The notes under the pieces are model-generated. The model saw nothing but the letters and a program-made list of their open reading frames with translations. It made no database searches and had not been told where the DNA came from. A stretch of 64,000 nucleotides of DNA from Pseudomonadota bacterium. Its GTDB lineage: Bacteria; Pseudomonadota; Alphaproteobacteria; Geminicoccales; Geminicoccaceae. Both the position numbers and the translations under genes were made by a program. Location: positions 8,863-72,862 of the forward strand of contig JBCBTD010000012.1 of NCBI GenBank assembly GCA_039818825.1, written 5' to 3'. Shown here one piece after another: positions 51,315 to 61,014 of this stretch (position 1 is the stretch's first letter; each line of letters opens with the position of its first letter).

Positions 51315-52766
51315 TCACGCCGCCCGCCCGAGTGGCGCGGACGGGCCGTCGTCGAGCGGGAAAACTTTTCCGACGTTCAGCTGCCAGGCCGGGTCGAACG
51401 CGCGTTTGATCGCCATCTGCAGATCGAGTTCGTGCTCGTCGAACTGGTACGCCATCAGCTCACGCTTCTCGATTCCGACACCGTGCTCGCCGGAGAGACA
51501 CCCACCGACGTCGACGCACAGCTTGAGGATGTCGGCGCCGCAGCGCTCGGCCTTCTCCAACTCTCCCGGCGCGTTGGCGTCGTAGAGGATCAACGGGTGC
51601 AGGTTGCCGTCGCCTGCGTGGAAGATGTTGGCGATCTGGAAGCCGTAGGTGCGAGAGATTTCCCCGATTCTGTGCAGGGTCTCCGGCAGTGCCGACGTCG
51701 GGATCGTGCCGTCGATGCAGATGTAATCCGGGGAGATACGGCCGACGGCGCCGAACGCCGACTTCCGCCCCTGCCAGATGGCGGCGGCCTCCTGAGCGTT
51801 CGCGGCAACACGCAGATAGCGCGGGTCGTGGTCCCTGGCGATCGCCTCGATCCGCCCGAGCAGCGTGTCGATCTCGTCGTCGGCGCCCTCCACCTCGACG
51901 ATCAGGACCGCTTCGACGTCGAGCGGGTAGCCGGCCTTGACGAAGGCTTCGACGGCATGAATCGCCGGCTTGTCCATGAATTCGAGGGCGACCGGGATGA
52001 TCCCCGAGCCGATGATCGCGTCGACGCAGGCGCCGGCCCGCTCGTTGCTGGCGAAGCCGAGCAGCATCGGCCGTGCGCCTTCCGGCGCTTTGAGGATGCG
52101 CACGGTCACCTCGGTGACCACGCCAAGCTGTCCCTCCGAACCGCAGAGCAAGCCGAGCAGGTCGAGACCGGCTGCGTCCGCGTGCTTGCCGCCCACGTCC
52201 ACGATCGCGCCGTCGACGGTCACCAATCGGACGCCAAGCAGATTGTTGGTCGTCACCCCGTATCTCAAACAGTGCGCGCCGCCTGAGTTGTTGGCGACGT
52301 TGCCGCCGATCGAGCACGCGAGCTGCGACGACGGGTCGGGCGCGTAGAAGAACTCCTCGTGCTCGACCGCCTGGGTGATCGCGAGATTGGTGACGCCGGC
52401 TTCGACCGTCGCCGAACGGCTGTCGAAGTCGACCTCGAGGATCCGTCGCATTTTCATCAGGCCGACCACGACGCCGTCTGCCGTCGGCATCGCCCCACCG
52501 GCGAGCGAGGTTCCGGCACCCCGCGCCGTCACCGGGATGTTCTGCTCGTGGCAGTAGCGCATCACCGCGGCAACCTCTTCCGTCGTCGACGGCAGCACGA
52601 CCGCTAGTGGGATCTGTCGATAGGCCGAGAGGCCGTCCGTTTCGTAGGCGCGGATCTCGTCGTCCGCCGCGATCACGCTTTCCGGTGCGGGGCAAATCCG
52701 CCCCAGCGCGTCCACGATCGCTTGGCGACGCTCGATGATCGCTTGGTTCGCCGCCGGCATACGCAT
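51315..52766 (-). CDS. glcD: FAD-linked oxidase, GlcD-like (glycolate / D-2-hydroxyacid oxidase large subunit).
   Basis: A FAD-binding PCMH domain (ARGAGTSLAGGA) and FAD-oxidase_C motifs (GFQIANIFHAGDGNLHP; SGEHGVG). I prefer the ATG at 52766, preceded by GGGAGGG, as the start. Confidence 0.8.
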   Translation of the reverse strand: MRMPAANQAIIERRQAIVDALGRICPAPESVIAADDEIRAYETDGLSAYRQIPLAVVLPSTTEEVAAVMRYCHEQNIPVTARGAGTSLAGGAMPTADGVVVGLMKMRRILEVDFDSRSATVEAGVTNLAITQAVEHEEFFYAPDPSSQLACSIGGNVANNSGGAHCLRYGVTTNNLLGVRLVTVDGAIVDVGGKHADAAGLDLLGLLCGSEGQLGVVTEVTVRILKAPEGARPMLLGFASNERAGACVDAIIGSGIIPVALEFMDKPAIHAVEAFVKAGYPLDVEAVLIVEVEGADDEIDTLLGRIEAIARDHDPRYLRVAANAQEAAAIWQGRKSAFGAVGRISPDYICIDGTIPTSALPETLHRIGEISRTYGFQIANIFHAGDGNLHPLILYDANAPGELEKAERCGADILKLCVDVGGCLSGEHGVGIEKRELMAYQFDEHELDLQMAIKRAFDPAWQLNVGKVFPLDDGPSAPLGRAA

Positions 52767-52864
52767 CGCGCCACCCTCCCGCATCAATCCACGGATATGG
52801 CAGGTGCCGCAGGCGTGGACCAGCGCCTTGACCTATCTCAGACCGAAATATGACTTGCGAGATG

Positions 52865-52877
52865 TATCGCATCGATA
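52865..52877. promoter_or_regulatory. Inverted repeat TATCG-CAT-CGATA, 23 nt upstream of the padR start. Candidate autoregulatory operator.
   Basis: A perfect 5-bp arm palindrome with a 3-nt spacer, located between a GGAGGA RBS region and the divergent glcD promoter region. Confidence 0.25.
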
Positions 52878-52899
52878 TAGGCCACTCACCGGAGGAGCC

Positions 52900-53478
52900 A
52901 TGGACGCAAAGATTCTGTGCCTCGGCGTGATCTCGGCTGGTGCTTGTTCGGGCTACGAGCTGAAGAAGACCGTCGAGGAGGATTTCCACCACTTTTACCG
53001 GGCCAGCTACGGCTCGATTTACCCGGCATTGGCTGAGCTCGAGCGCTCTGGCCTGGTTGCCGGTGAGGCGATCGAGCAGGCGAAACGTCCCGACAAGAAG
53101 GTGTACCGGATCACGGACGCCGGCCGTGCGGCCCTGGCCGATGCGCTGGCGGCGGAAGAGCCGGCGCATACGGCTCGCTCCGAGTTCCTGGTCCTCATGT
53201 ACTTCGCGCACCTGCTGACGCCCGACCGCGCGGCTCAGGTCATCGACACGATGACCGCGCACTTCGAGCGCGTCATGTTGGCCGACGTCGACGCCTACGA
53301 ACGGCGCGCCGAGCCACTGACCTCCGGGCAACGGTTCGCCGTCGGCTTCGGTCGAACGGTGTTGAATTCCATCGTCGAGTACCTTCGGCGCGAGCGTGAC
53401 GGCTTGATCGACGAACTCATCGCTGAACGTGCGGACCAGCCGGCCGAGGATCGCCGGTTGGCCGCGGCGGGAGACTGA
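52900..53478 (+). CDS. PadR-family transcriptional regulator.
   Basis: The PadR winged-helix signature (YELKKTVEEDFHHFYRASYGSIYPALAELERSGLV). An ATG with a GGAGGA RBS. It directly precedes the MFP/RND genes. Confidence 0.8.
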   Translation: MDAKILCLGVISAGACSGYELKKTVEEDFHHFYRASYGSIYPALAELERSGLVAGEAIEQAKRPDKKVYRITDAGRAALADALAAEEPAHTARSEFLVLMYFAHLLTPDRAAQVIDTMTAHFERVMLADVDAYERRAEPLTSGQRFAVGFGRTVLNSIVEYLRRERDGLIDELIAERADQPAEDRRLAAAGD

Positions 53479-53480
53479 AC

Positions 53481-54611
53481 ATGCGCTCTTCCGTCGCCAT
53501 CGCGGCACTGATCGCCTTGGCGCTGATCGGCTGGTTCGCTTCCGGTCAGCCCGCGGTCCGGGCCTTGTTCGGCCCCGCCGAACCGACGGCACAGGTAACC
53601 GAAACCGTGGTCGAGCAGCCGATCGAGCGGCGCGCACGGGTCCGCGTCATGCTCAGCGACGCCCAGCCGGTCGCCCGCGAAATCGTCGTCCACGGTCGGA
53701 CCGAGCCCGATCGCCAGGTGGTGCTGAAGGCCGAAACCTACGGTCGCGTCGCCGAAGTGTTCGTCGACAACGGCTCGATCGTTGCCGCCGGCGACCCGAT
53801 CGTGAGGCTCGACCCGCGTGAGCGCGAGGCGATGGTCGCTCAAGCACGCGCTCTGGTCCGCCAACGTGAGCTGGAGGACGAGGCTGCGCGGCAGCTCGGC
53901 CAGCGGGGCTATCAGGCAGAGAACCGGGTGGCCGAAGTGGCGGCGTTCCTGGAGGCGGCCCGCGCGGAGCTGCGGCAGCGCGAGGTCGAACTCGGTCACA
54001 CGCAGATCGCGGCGCCCTTCGCCGGCGCCGTCGACGAGCGCTTCGTCGAGGTCGGTGATTTCGTCGACATTGGCGATCCGATCGCTGACCTCATCGAACT
54101 CGATCCATTCCTGGTCACTGGGGAAGTTGCGCAGAACCAGCGCGCGCTGCTGTCGATCGGCATGCCGGTCTCGGTCGACCTCGCCGACGGTCGGACGATC
54201 GAGGGTCGGCTCCGCTTCGTTGCCAGGAGCGCCGAGGCTGCCACCCGCACCTTCCGCGTCGAAGTCGAAGTGGCCAACGGCGACGGCAGCATCCCGGCCG
54301 GGATGAGCGCCACTTCCAAGGTGCGTTTCGCCGAGGTAGCGGCGCACGAGCTCTCCGCGGCCCTGCTCGCACTCGGCACCCACCACGAACTCGGGGTCAA
54401 GATCGTCGACGAGCAGGACGTGGTGCGGTTCGCGCCGGTCGATCTGATCCGTGCGGACAGCGACAGCGTTTGGGTCGCCGGCCTGCCCGATCAGGTTCGG
54501 GTGATCGTCGTCGGCCAGGGTTTCGTCCAGGATGGTGAGTCGGTCTTGCCCGTCGCCGTCGGTGAAGCGGCGTTGGCTTCGGCAACCGGCACGGCCGAGG
54601 CCAGCCGATGA
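53481..54611 (+). CDS. Efflux RND transporter periplasmic adaptor (membrane fusion protein, HlyD-like).
   Basis: A transmembrane anchor is followed by a biotinyl/lipoyl-like hairpin, a coiled coil and beta-barrel domains. The stop overlaps the RND pump gene start (ATGA). Confidence 0.85.
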   Translation: MRSSVAIAALIALALIGWFASGQPAVRALFGPAEPTAQVTETVVEQPIERRARVRVMLSDAQPVAREIVVHGRTEPDRQVVLKAETYGRVAEVFVDNGSIVAAGDPIVRLDPREREAMVAQARALVRQRELEDEAARQLGQRGYQAENRVAEVAAFLEAARAELRQREVELGHTQIAAPFAGAVDERFVEVGDFVDIGDPIADLIELDPFLVTGEVAQNQRALLSIGMPVSVDLADGRTIEGRLRFVARSAEAATRTFRVEVEVANGDGSIPAGMSATSKVRFAEVAAHELSAALLALGTHHELGVKIVDEQDVVRFAPVDLIRADSDSVWVAGLPDQVRVIVVGQGFVQDGESVLPVAVGEAALASATGTAEASR

Positions 54612-57600
54612 CGTCGCTGATCGACGCCAGCTTTGCCCGATCGCGGACCGTCCTGATCGCTTTGCTGTTGATCGTGATCGCCGGGATCAGCGCCTACCGT
54701 TCGATCCCCAAGGAATCCAATCCCGATATCCAGATTCCGATTCTCTACGTCTCGATGATCCACGAGGGAATCTCGCCCGAGGATGCCGAGCGGCTGCTGG
54801 TCCGGCCGATGGAGATCGAACTCCGGGGCGTGGAAGGCGTCAAGGAGATGCGATCGACTGCCAGCGAAGGCCACGCTTCGGTCGTGCTGGAGTTCGAGGT
54901 CGGCGTCGACATCGATACCGCGCTCGCCGAGGTCCGCGCCAAGGTGGACATCGCCAAGGCCGAGCTGCCGAACGAAACCGAGGAGCCGCAAGTCGAGGAG
55001 GTGAATGTCGCGCTGTTCCCGGTGCTCGTCGTCACTTTGGCTGGCGACGTGCCCGAGCGGACGCTGGTCCGCGTTGCCGACGACCTCAAGGACCGGATCG
55101 AGGGTGTCGCCTCCGTGCTGGAGGTCAACCTGACCGGCAAGCGCGAGGAGGTCGTCGAGGTCGTCATCGATCAGGTGCGGATCGAGTCCTACGGCCTGCG
55201 CGCCGACGAGATCATCGACGTGGTCAACCGCAACAACCAGATCATCGCCGCCGGCAATCTCGACACCGGACAAGGCCGGTTCGCGATCAAGGTGCCGGGG
55301 CTCTTTCAGGACACCGAAGACATCCTGCGGATGCCGATCAAAGCCGAGGGCGACACGGTCGTCGCCCTGAGCGACGTCGCCAGCGTGCGCCGGACCTTCA
55401 AGGATCCGGAGAGCTTCGCGAGGGTGAACGGCCAGCCGGCGTTGGCCCTGGAGGTCACCAAGCGGATCGGCACCAACATCGTCGACACCGTGGCGGCAAT
55501 CCGCGCCGCCGTAGCTCAGGCCGAGCCCACTTGGCCGCCAGGCATCGAGGTCGCCTTCATCCAGGACGAGTCCAACAACATCCAGGGCATGTTGACGGAT
55601 CTCCGCAACAACGTGCTCTCGGCGGTCCTGTTGGTGATGATCGTCATCGTCGCGGCGCTCGGCGTCCGCAGCGGGCTGCTGGTCGGTTTCGCGGTGCCGG
55701 GCTCGTTCCTCGCCGGCATCCTGGTGCTGTCGATCGTCGGCCTCACGGTCAACATGGTGGTCCTGTTCGCGTTGATCCTCGCCGTCGGCATGCTCGTCGA
55801 TGGGGCGATCGTCGTCACCGAGCTGGCGGACCGCCGCCTCGCGGAAGGCTACAGCAAGCGCGACGCCTACCGCGAAGCCGCAAAGCGCATGGCCTGGCCG
55901 ATCACCGCCTCGACCGCGACCACCCTTGCGGCATTCCTGCCGTTGGTGTTCTGGCCCGGCGTGGTCGGTGAGTTCATGAAGTACTTGCCGATCACACTGC
56001 TCGCGACGTTGACCGCGTCCTTGCTCATGGCGTTGATCTTCGTGCCCAATCTCGGGGCATTGATCGGTCGCGCGCCGAACCGCACGGCCGGCGATCTCGC
56101 AGTCGTCGACGATGCTGCCGGCGACCTCGGGCGGACGCACGGCGTCACTCGTCTCTACATCGGCCTTTTGCGCCGTGCGCTGGCCCATCCCGGCAAGGTG
56201 CTGGGGCTCGCAATCGTCATTGCCATAGGAGTCAACGCCGCCTACGCGACGTTCGGTCGTGGCGTCGAGTTCTTTCCGGACGTCGAGCCGGAGCGGGCCC
56301 AGGTGCAGGTCCATGCCCGCGGCGACTTGTCGATCTTCGAGCGTGACGAGTTGGTCAGCGAGGTCGAGCAACGGATCCTCGACGTCGATGGAATCGCCGC
56401 ATTCTACACCAGCACCGCGCTGACGTTCCGGGCGGACGACGTCGACGAGGACGTCATCGGCGTGACCATGCTGGAGCTGGAGCCATGGCGCGAGCGACGG
56501 CCCGCACGCGAGATCATCGGGGAGATCGAAGCGCGAACCGCTGATCTTGCCGGCATCCGCATCGAGGTGCGCAAGCCGGAGGAGGGGCCACCGGTCGGCA
56601 AACCGGTGCAGATCGAGGTTGCCGGCATCGACGTCGCCGCGATGAACGCCGTCATGGAACGGGTTCGGGAACGCTTCGACGACACCGAGGGGCTGGTCAA
56701 CGTCAGCGACAGCCGACCGGTGCCGGGTATCGAGTGGCAGTTGGCGGTCGATCGCGAACGGGCAGCGCGATACGGCGCCGACGTGCAGACCGTCGGCCCA
56801 CTCGTCCAGCTCGTGACGAACGGCATCAAGGTCGGCAGTTACCGCCCCGACGATGCCGACGACGAGATCGACATCCGGGCGCGATTCCCCAAGGTCGACC
56901 GAGGGCTGGACCAGCTCGCCAATCTCCGCGTGCCGACGGCGAACGGCTCAGTCCCCCTCGCCAACTTCGTCGCACGGGTGCCGGCACCGAAGGTCACCGA
57001 GATCGAACGTAACGACGGTCGCCGTGTCTTCACCGTCGGCGCCGATCTGGCGCCGGGTGTGCTCGCCGACGACAAGGCTCGCGAACTGCGCGTCTGGCTC
57101 GACACCGAGGTTTGGCCGGCGGGTATCGACTTCACCTTCCGCGGCGAGGACGAAGAACAAAAGGAGGCGCAAGCCTTTCTGCTGCAAGCCTTTGGTGTCG
57201 CCATGTTTTTGATCACGATGATCCTGGTGACGCAGTTCAACAGTTTCTATCAGTCATTCTTGATACTCTCCGCGGTGGTGTTCTCGACAGTAGGGGTGCT
57301 GTTGGGCTTGCTCGTCACCGACCAGCCCTTCGGCATCATCATGAGCGGTGTTGGGGTGATCGCGCTGGCCGGCATCGTCGTGAACAACAACATCGTGCTC
57401 ATCGACACCTACAACGAACTCCGGCGCACGGGCTTGTCGCCCTACGACGCGGTGCTGCGTACCGGCGCGCAGCGCCTACGGCCGGTGCTGTTGACGACCG
57501 TGACCACGGTCCTCGGCCTGTTGCCGATGGTGTTGAAGGTCAATCTCGATCTGTTCACGCGCGAGATCACGTTCGGCGGCCCGTCGACCGATTGGTGGGC

Positions 57601-57790
57601 CCAACTCGCGAGCGCCGTAGCCGGCGGGCTTGCGTTCGCCACCTTGCTGACGCTGGTGTTGACGCCCTGCCTCTTGTACCTGCCGTCGCACTATCGCGAC
57701 TGGTGGCGCCGGCGGCGCGGCACCGCGACACCCACGGGCACGCCGTTGCGCCCAGCGCCCGCATCGGGCTGGGCGGAAGCCGCGGACTGA
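54608..57790 (+). CDS. Efflux RND transporter permease subunit (AcrB/HAE family), 1060 aa.
   Basis: Twelve transmembrane helices with two large periplasmic loops. ACR_tran family motifs run throughout (ALILAVGMLVDGAIVV, YDAVLRTGAQRLRPVLLTTVTTVLGLLPM). Confidence 0.9.
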   Translation: MTSLIDASFARSRTVLIALLLIVIAGISAYRSIPKESNPDIQIPILYVSMIHEGISPEDAERLLVRPMEIELRGVEGVKEMRSTASEGHASVVLEFEVGVDIDTALAEVRAKVDIAKAELPNETEEPQVEEVNVALFPVLVVTLAGDVPERTLVRVADDLKDRIEGVASVLEVNLTGKREEVVEVVIDQVRIESYGLRADEIIDVVNRNNQIIAAGNLDTGQGRFAIKVPGLFQDTEDILRMPIKAEGDTVVALSDVASVRRTFKDPESFARVNGQPALALEVTKRIGTNIVDTVAAIRAAVAQAEPTWPPGIEVAFIQDESNNIQGMLTDLRNNVLSAVLLVMIVIVAALGVRSGLLVGFAVPGSFLAGILVLSIVGLTVNMVVLFALILAVGMLVDGAIVVTELADRRLAEGYSKRDAYREAAKRMAWPITASTATTLAAFLPLVFWPGVVGEFMKYLPITLLATLTASLLMALIFVPNLGALIGRAPNRTAGDLAVVDDAAGDLGRTHGVTRLYIGLLRRALAHPGKVLGLAIVIAIGVNAAYATFGRGVEFFPDVEPERAQVQVHARGDLSIFERDELVSEVEQRILDVDGIAAFYTSTALTFRADDVDEDVIGVTMLELEPWRERRPAREIIGEIEARTADLAGIRIEVRKPEEGPPVGKPVQIEVAGIDVAAMNAVMERVRERFDDTEGLVNVSDSRPVPGIEWQLAVDRERAARYGADVQTVGPLVQLVTNGIKVGSYRPDDADDEIDIRARFPKVDRGLDQLANLRVPTANGSVPLANFVARVPAPKVTEIERNDGRRVFTVGADLAPGVLADDKARELRVWLDTEVWPAGIDFTFRGEDEEQKEAQAFLLQAFGVAMFLITMILVTQFNSFYQSFLILSAVVFSTVGVLLGLLVTDQPFGIIMSGVGVIALAGIVVNNNIVLIDTYNELRRTGLSPYDAVLRTGAQRLRPVLLTTVTTVLGLLPMVLKVNLDLFTREITFGGPSTDWWAQLASAVAGGLAFATLLTLVLTPCLLYLPSHYRDWWRRRRGTATPTGTPLRPAPASGWAEAAD

Positions 57791-57881
57791 CGACACCGAG
57801 AAATGCCGACCGCGGCCTACGCGCGGACATTTGGTCGGCGATGACGGAATGCGGCTGAGAAGCGCTGCGTGCCGTTCGTCG

Positions 57882-58868
57882 TCAGGCTTGCGCTGGCAGG
57901 ACGCGATCCGGTGGACGGTGGCCGTCCGCGAACGTCTTCATGTTGATGAGCACCTTCTCGCCCATGTCGAGCCGGCCTTCGATCGTCGCACTGCCCATGT
58001 GCGGCAGCAGGACGACGTTGTCGAGTTCGCGGAGCTTCGGGTTGATGGCTGGTTCGTGTTCGAAGACGTCGAGCCCGGCGCCGCCGAGCTCGTGATTGCG
58101 GAGCATCCGTGTCAGCGCCGGTTCGTCGATGACCTCGCCGCGCGAGGTGTTGACGACGTAGGCGTGGTGACGCAGCAGCTTCAGCCGGCGTGCCGACAAC
58201 AAGTGATAGGTCGCGGGCGTGTGCGGGCAGTTCACACTGACGATGTCCATCCGCGCCAGCATCTGATCGAGGCTTTCCCAATAGGTCGCCTCCAGCTCCT
58301 GCTCGATCGACGCGTGAACGCGGTTGCGATTGTGATAGTGGACCGAAAGCCCGAACCCACGTGCGCGGCGGGCGACAGCCGAGCCGATGCGCCCCATGCC
58401 GAGGATGCCGAGGCGTTTGCCGTGTATCCGGTGACCGAGCATGGCCGTCGGGCTCCACCCGGTCCAATCGCCGGATCGGGCCAATCGCTCACCGTCGACG
58501 ACCCGGCGCGCAACGGCGAGGATCAGGGCCATCGTCATGTCGGCCGTGTCTTCGGTCAGCACGCCCGGGGTGTTCGTGACGGTGATGCCGCGCTTGTACG
58601 CAGCATCGACGTCGATGTTGTCGACGCCGGTGCCATAGTTGGCGATCAGGCGCAGGTTTTCGCCGGCGTGCGCGAGCACCGCCGCATCGACTCGGTCGGT
58701 GACCGTCGGGACGAGAATGTCGGCTGTCTTCACTGCCTCGATCAGTTGAGCCTTGGTCATCGGTTCGTCGGTGTCGTTGAGCCTGGTCTCGAACAGCTCC
58801 ATCATTCGAGCCTCGATGACCTCGGGCAAACGCCGAGTGACGACGACGAGGGGGCGGGTAAGAGACAT
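57882..58868 (-). CDS. D-isomer-specific 2-hydroxyacid dehydrogenase (glyoxylate/hydroxypyruvate reductase-like).
   Basis: The NAD-binding motif GILGMGRIGSAVARRA, with the catalytic Arg/Glu/His triad region (NTSRGEVIDE; LLPHMGSAT). Confidence 0.85.
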   Translation of the reverse strand: MSLTRPLVVVTRRLPEVIEARMMELFETRLNDTDEPMTKAQLIEAVKTADILVPTVTDRVDAAVLAHAGENLRLIANYGTGVDNIDVDAAYKRGITVTNTPGVLTEDTADMTMALILAVARRVVDGERLARSGDWTGWSPTAMLGHRIHGKRLGILGMGRIGSAVARRARGFGLSVHYHNRNRVHASIEQELEATYWESLDQMLARMDIVSVNCPHTPATYHLLSARRLKLLRHHAYVVNTSRGEVIDEPALTRMLRNHELGGAGLDVFEHEPAINPKLRELDNVVLLPHMGSATIEGRLDMGEKVLINMKTFADGHRPPDRVLPAQA

Positions 58869-59048
58869 GACCTGGCGGCTCCTCGGCGCGAATGATCTTC
58901 GACGAAGGGCCTAGCAGACCTCGCCGCAGCGGCCAAGCAGTGGGAAAACACGGCCCGCAGCATTGCCTTCGGCGACGGATCGCGCAAAGGGAGAGTTCGG
59001 TTGCAGACACGCAAGTCTGCCAGGGAAAATCGAGGGAGGCGTCAACGC

Positions 59049-59546
59049 GTGGTTGAACGCTGGGTCTGGGCTGGCGTGCTGGTGGCTTGCGTCGCCGTCG
59101 GACCCGTGGCGCTGGCGATGGCAGCGGACGGTCGGGTCAGCGGGCTGCCGGTGCCCAGGTTCGTGTCGATCGGCGTCGAAGTTGCGAACATGCGGGTCGG
59201 CCCGCGTCAAAGCTACGATGTCGTCGCCGTCTATCGGCGGCGTGGTTTGCCCCTCAAAGTGGTCGATGAGTTCGACAATTGGCGCGAGGTGGAGGACCAC
59301 GAAGGCGACCGTGGCTGGATGCACGGGCGCCTATTGTCCGGTCGGCGGACGGTGATGGTCTACCCGGAGGCGATGATCTTGCGCCGCGGTGCCAGCGACG
59401 AAGCGCCCGCCATTCTGTTGGCAGAGCCGACGGTCATCGCCGATTTGTTGCGATGCGAGGCGAAATGGTGCTTCGTCGAAATCGACGGGCGACGAGGTTG
59501 GATGCCTGAGGAGAGCTTGTGGGGCATTCTGCCGTCAGCGGAGTGA
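59049..59546 (+). CDS. SH3b-domain secreted protein (hypothetical).
   Basis: A signal peptide (VVERWVWAGVLVACVAVGPVALAMA) precedes two bacterial SH3-like segments (NMRVGP...; WCFVEIDGRRGWM). The GTG at 59049 lies 9 nt after GAGGGAGG. The track's ATG at 59001 is the alternative start. Confidence 0.55.
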   Translation: MVERWVWAGVLVACVAVGPVALAMAADGRVSGLPVPRFVSIGVEVANMRVGPRQSYDVVAVYRRRGLPLKVVDEFDNWREVEDHEGDRGWMHGRLLSGRRTVMVYPEAMILRRGASDEAPAILLAEPTVIADLLRCEAKWCFVEIDGRRGWMPEESLWGILPSAE

Positions 59547-59587
59547 AGGGGGTCGGACGCGCGCCGAACAGGCGGCGAGGTACCTGG

Positions 59588-60547
59588 ATGCTCGACGTGG
59601 TTCTGCTCGGCGGTGTCGTCGTCGTCAGTGCGGTGCCACTGGCGCGTGTCTGGCCGATCGCCGATCTGCCGGCCGTGTTCGTGATCCAGGCAACGGCGGC
59701 TTTGCTGGTGGCGTTCCTCTTCGCCTTCGTGCTCGGTCATCCGAAGCGCGCCGTATCTGCCGCGATCCTCGCGATTCTCGGGACTTGGATCGTCACCGGT
59801 CCGCGCGCGGCACCGCCGGTAGCGGCCGCGGCGGTCCCGTCGCTGCGGGTCCTGTTCGCCAACCTGCACGGTCCGAGCGGTGCGCCGACCTTGGATGAAC
59901 TCCGGGCTCCGCTTGCCGAGTTCGATGCCGACGTGCTGATGGTGGCAGAGGTGGGGCCGGCGCTACGCCCCGCCGTCGCGTGGAACGCGCTGGGGTATCC
60001 GCATCGAGTGGACTGCGATGGCCAGCTGTACTGCGAGACGGTCATCCTATCGCGAAAGCCGTTGACCGACGTCACCTATGCGGTCGATCCGGAGCATGGC
60101 GGTAAGGTCTTCGGCGCGGACGTCAGTGTTGCCGGAACGCCGGTCACGTTGGCGCTGACGCATCTGCTGCGGCCGGTGCCGCCCGGTGGCGTGACACGAC
60201 AGCGAGTGCAGGCCCGCTTCATCGGTGACCAACTCTCGGGCCAACCGCGCGCACTGTTGGCCGGCGACTTCAACGCCGTGCCCTGGGGCGGTCTCGCGCA
60301 CGTGCTCGAACGACGCTCGGGGCTCCGTTACGTCAACGTGCTCGGCGGCACATGGCCGACTTGGCTTCCGGCGCTGTTGCGCTTGCCGCTCGACAACGTG
60401 CTCGTTGGCTGTGGCTTGCACGTCACGTCGATCCGCCACGCCGCGTTCCCGCGGTCCGATCACTTGGCGGTCATTGCTGACGTCGCCGTCGACGACGGCT
60501 CGGCGTGCGATGCTTCGGTCAGCGGGGCGGGCGAAGCCGTACGATGA
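59588..60547 (+). CDS. Endonuclease/exonuclease/phosphatase (EEP) family membrane protein.
   Basis: N-terminal transmembrane helices are followed by an EEP domain (catalytic region ..AGDFNAV.. and C-terminal SDHLAV). Confidence 0.7.
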   Translation: MLDVVLLGGVVVVSAVPLARVWPIADLPAVFVIQATAALLVAFLFAFVLGHPKRAVSAAILAILGTWIVTGPRAAPPVAAAAVPSLRVLFANLHGPSGAPTLDELRAPLAEFDADVLMVAEVGPALRPAVAWNALGYPHRVDCDGQLYCETVILSRKPLTDVTYAVDPEHGGKVFGADVSVAGTPVTLALTHLLRPVPPGGVTRQRVQARFIGDQLSGQPRALLAGDFNAVPWGGLAHVLERRSGLRYVNVLGGTWPTWLPALLRLPLDNVLVGCGLHVTSIRHAAFPRSDHLAVIADVAVDDGSACDASVSGAGEAVR

Positions 60548-60929
60548 CCTCGACCCGGTCGACCTCGTAGCCGGCCGGCGCCGGCGGCAGATCGTCGAGC
60601 GTTACCCGGTCGCCCGGGATGTCCAACACGAGCCCACTCTCCGGTTCGAAGAAGTGGTGATGGTGGGTGGTGTTGGTGTCGAAGTAGGAGCGATCGGAGT
60701 CGACCGGCACCTCTCGAAGGAGCCCGGCATCGGTGAACTGGTGCAGTGTGTTGTAGATCGTCGCGAGCGACACCTGGATGTTCTCGGCGCGGGCTTCCTG
60801 GAACAGCACCTCGGCGGTGACGTGCCGATCGCCTCCGGCGAACAGCAGGCGCGCCAGGGCCAAACGCTGCCGCGTTGGCCGCAGACCGGCGGCCTTGAGA
60901 TGCTGGATCTCTTCGCAGAACGTCTTCAT
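60519..60929 (-). CDS. Fur-family transcriptional regulator (Irr/Zur-like, His-rich HHHH motif).
   Basis: RPTRQRLALARLL and SLATIYNTLHQF form the Fur-family HTH. A THHHHF tract resembles the Irr HxH heme-binding region. The start is the ATG at 60929; the track's longer extension is rejected. Confidence 0.8.
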   Translation of the reverse strand: MKTFCEEIQHLKAAGLRPTRQRLALARLLFAGGDRHVTAEVLFQEARAENIQVSLATIYNTLHQFTDAGLLREVPVDSDRSYFDTNTTHHHHFFEPESGLVLDIPGDRVTLDDLPPAPAGYEVDRVEVIVRLRPPR

Positions 60930-61014
60930 CGGCCACTCTCGATTTCGCGTGCCGGTATGGCACGACGGACAATCCGTACGAAAGTGGTCCGCTTTCCCCG
61001 GGCTGTCAACGCGA

